NCBI GenBank assembly: GCA_016282375.1
Contig: JAEEKI010000023.1
Location: forward strand, 14,840-78,839
Direction of reading: 5' to 3'
Origin: Bacillales bacterium
Lineage (GTDB): Bacteria; Bacillota_I; Bacilli_A; RF39; UBA660
Length of the DNA stretch: 64,000 nt
Part shown: positions 62,354-64,000 of the stretch, one piece after another
How the letters are laid out: each line of letters starts with the position of its first letter
Numbering within the stretch: position 1 is the first letter of the stretch
Notes under the pieces: model-generated
What the model was told of the DNA's origin: nothing
Database searches by the model: none
The model's input: the letters and a program-made list of their open reading frames with translations, nothing else
Program-made: the position numbers and the translations under genes

Positions 62354-63417
62354 TATCATTTCATTTATGATTTTTTTTAATTCAGGTATTATATCTTCTT
62401 GTTTTCCTTTTTTGATAATTTCTCCTTTTTTAAAGATAACTGCTTCGTTTATACCTCCGGCTATACCAATATCGGCTTCCTTGGCTTCTCCAGGACCATT
62501 AACTGCACATCCCATGACAGCAACAGTAATATCATTATTTATAGTTTGTAAAAAGGATTCAATTTCTTTAGCAATTGGTAATAAATTATTCTTGTTCTAC
62601 CACAGGTTGGACATGATATTAATTTGGGTCCAGGGAATAGATTACAATCTTTTAATATTTCTTTAGCTACAAGGATTTCTTCTTTGGGATTATCTGATAA
62701 TGAAACACGAATTGTATTACCAATGCCTTTTTTAAGAAGAATGCCAAGACCAATACTAGATTTAATAGTACCACTAAATTTAGTACCTGATTCTGTTATC
62801 CCAATATGAAGAGGATATGTAAATACTTTAGATGCCTGTTCATAGGCTTTTATACATAAATCCAAGTCTGTGGCTTTAAGAGATAGGCATATATCATAAA
62901 AACCATATTTTTCTAATATGGCAACATTTCTTTTTGCACTTTCAATCATTCCTTTAACAGTAACTTTATTATTAGCTAATAAATTTTTTTCTAAAGAACC
63001 TCCATTAATACCAATTCTAATAGGAATATGTTGTTTCTTACAAGCATCAACTACCTTTTTAATATTTTCTTCAGAACCAATATTACCAGGATTAATTCTA
63101 ATTTTATCAACACCACTTTTAATGGCTTCAAGAGCTATTTTATAATCAAAATGAATATCGGCTACGATAGGAATATGAATTTGTTTTTTAATATCTTTGA
63201 TGGCTTTGGCATCTTCGAGATCTAAACATGCTACTCTAATTATTTCACAGCCAACATTTTCTAATTCTAAGATTTGTTTAACAGTGGCATTAACATCCTT
63301 GGTTTTAGTATTAGTCATTGATTGAATTACGACTTTGTTATTTCCTCCAATTTCGATATTTCCAACTTTAATTGCTTTTGTTTGTGTTCTTTTATACATA
63401 TGATACAATCCTTTCAT
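62345..63417 (-). pseudogene. ispG: 4-hydroxy-3-methylbut-2-enyl diphosphate synthase IspG (GcpE), interrupted by a single-nucleotide frameshift near 62575. It is either a pseudogene or a sequencing error
   Basis: The 292-aa ORF 62539..63417 ends ...SCPTCGRTRIIYYQLLKKLNPFYKL*. The +1 frame at 62345..62575 encodes the expected C-terminus IAKEIESFLQTINNDITVAVMGCAVNGPGEAKEADIGIAGG..., including the 4Fe-4S Cys. Confidence 0.6.
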
Positions 63418-63501
63418 TATTCATCATACGCTATATAAGATATCATTGTAAATATTCTATGGTTAGTTTATAATTAACTTATAAATAGATAGTAGGAGTC
63501 A

Positions 63502-64000
63502 TATGAAAAAGAATAATGCTGTTTTAATAACAATTATTATAGTAATATTATTAGCCTTAGTAATAGGGGCAACGTATGCATATTTTGCTACAGGTAATTT
63601 AAATATAACGAATGTAGCCAATGTAAATACGGTAACAGAACGAAACAACATGGTATTTGATACTCTAGGTGGCGGGATGAGTCTTAATATTACGGCAGCG
63701 AATATGTCCGAGAGTCTAAGTGGTAATTTAGCCGCGGAGAATAATACAACATTAACGGTTAATTTTACTGCCAACACCAGTTATAGTATGGTCTGTACAT
63801 ATGATATTGTCTATGAATGGACATCCTCAGATAAATATACAGCTCATACAAGTGGAGTATCGTCAAATGAATTTACTATTCAAGGAACACTTGCAAATAA
63901 TGCTCATGTAAGTGAAGGAACCAATAATATAAGTAGTGAAACAGACCTATCAACATTAACATATACAAATTACAGTGCAACGGTGGTAAGTGGAGCCCAA
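63502..64000 (+). CDS. Secreted protein paralog P3 (N-terminal 166 aa; continues beyond the window)
   Basis: MKKNNAVLITIIIVILLALVIGATYAYFATGNLNITNVANVNTVTERNNMVFDT... is about 85% nucleotide-identical to P2 over the first 500 nt. RBS gtaggagt. Confidence 0.75.

Noticed and set aside
62539-62600. Programmed +1 ribosomal frameshift in ispG
   Set aside because: No slippery heptamer, rare-codon pause or stimulatory Shine-Dalgarno-like element was found. An indel in an AT run (sequencing error or pseudogenisation) is more parsimonious.
1-64000. Alternative genetic code (UGA=Trp, Mollicutes-like) suggested by low GC and a short SRP RNA
   Set aside because: All conserved genes (dnaA, gyrA, mfd, ribosomal proteins) are full length under the standard code with no in-frame TGA, and sporulation genes are present.

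Overview
This 64-kb window covers the chromosomal replication-origin neighbourhood of a low-GC (about 30% GC), endospore-forming Firmicute that uses the standard genetic code. All long ORFs are intact without UGA recoding, and Spo0A, SpoVT, SpoVG, YabG, YabP/YabQ, BofA and Veg are present. The minus strand carries a partial argS, a class A PBP, a parB-like gene, rsmG-mnmG-mnmE-jag-yidC-rnpA-rpmH. A bipartite oriC with TTATCAACA-type DnaA boxes surrounds dnaA-dnaN-(comK-like)-recF-gyrB-gyrA. Downstream are a small SRP RNA, tadA-dnaX-ybaB-recR-bofA-holB-yaaT(ricT)-yabB-pth-mfd-spoVT, a T-box-controlled metG, tatD, an LRR membrane protein, yabG, veg, spoVG, yabP-yabQ-divIC and clpP. Then come a TGS/uridine-kinase fusion, gap-pgk-[spo0A]-gpmI, and the complete S10-spc-alpha ribosomal operons (rpsJ to rplQ, including secY-adk-map-infA-rpmJ). 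This is core genome rather than an accessory island, and no transposase, integrase, CRISPR array or phage gene was found. The most unusual content is a three-member paralogous family of secreted, Cys-rich proteins whose signal peptides resemble the TasA/camelysin 'SipW-cognate' class. One copy sits between rsmG and parB, where soj/noc normally lie. Two copies flank a frameshifted ispG in direct orientation, and one of these has a GC-anomalous 3' end. Other notable points are an unannotated SRP RNA preceded by a triplicated 16-bp CACGTG-centred palindrome fused to DnaA-box-like motifs, a ComK-family protein between dnaN and recF, spo0A embedded in the glycolytic operon, and a ParB homologue with a roughly 230-aa Pro/Gln/Val-rich linker and no ParA partner.
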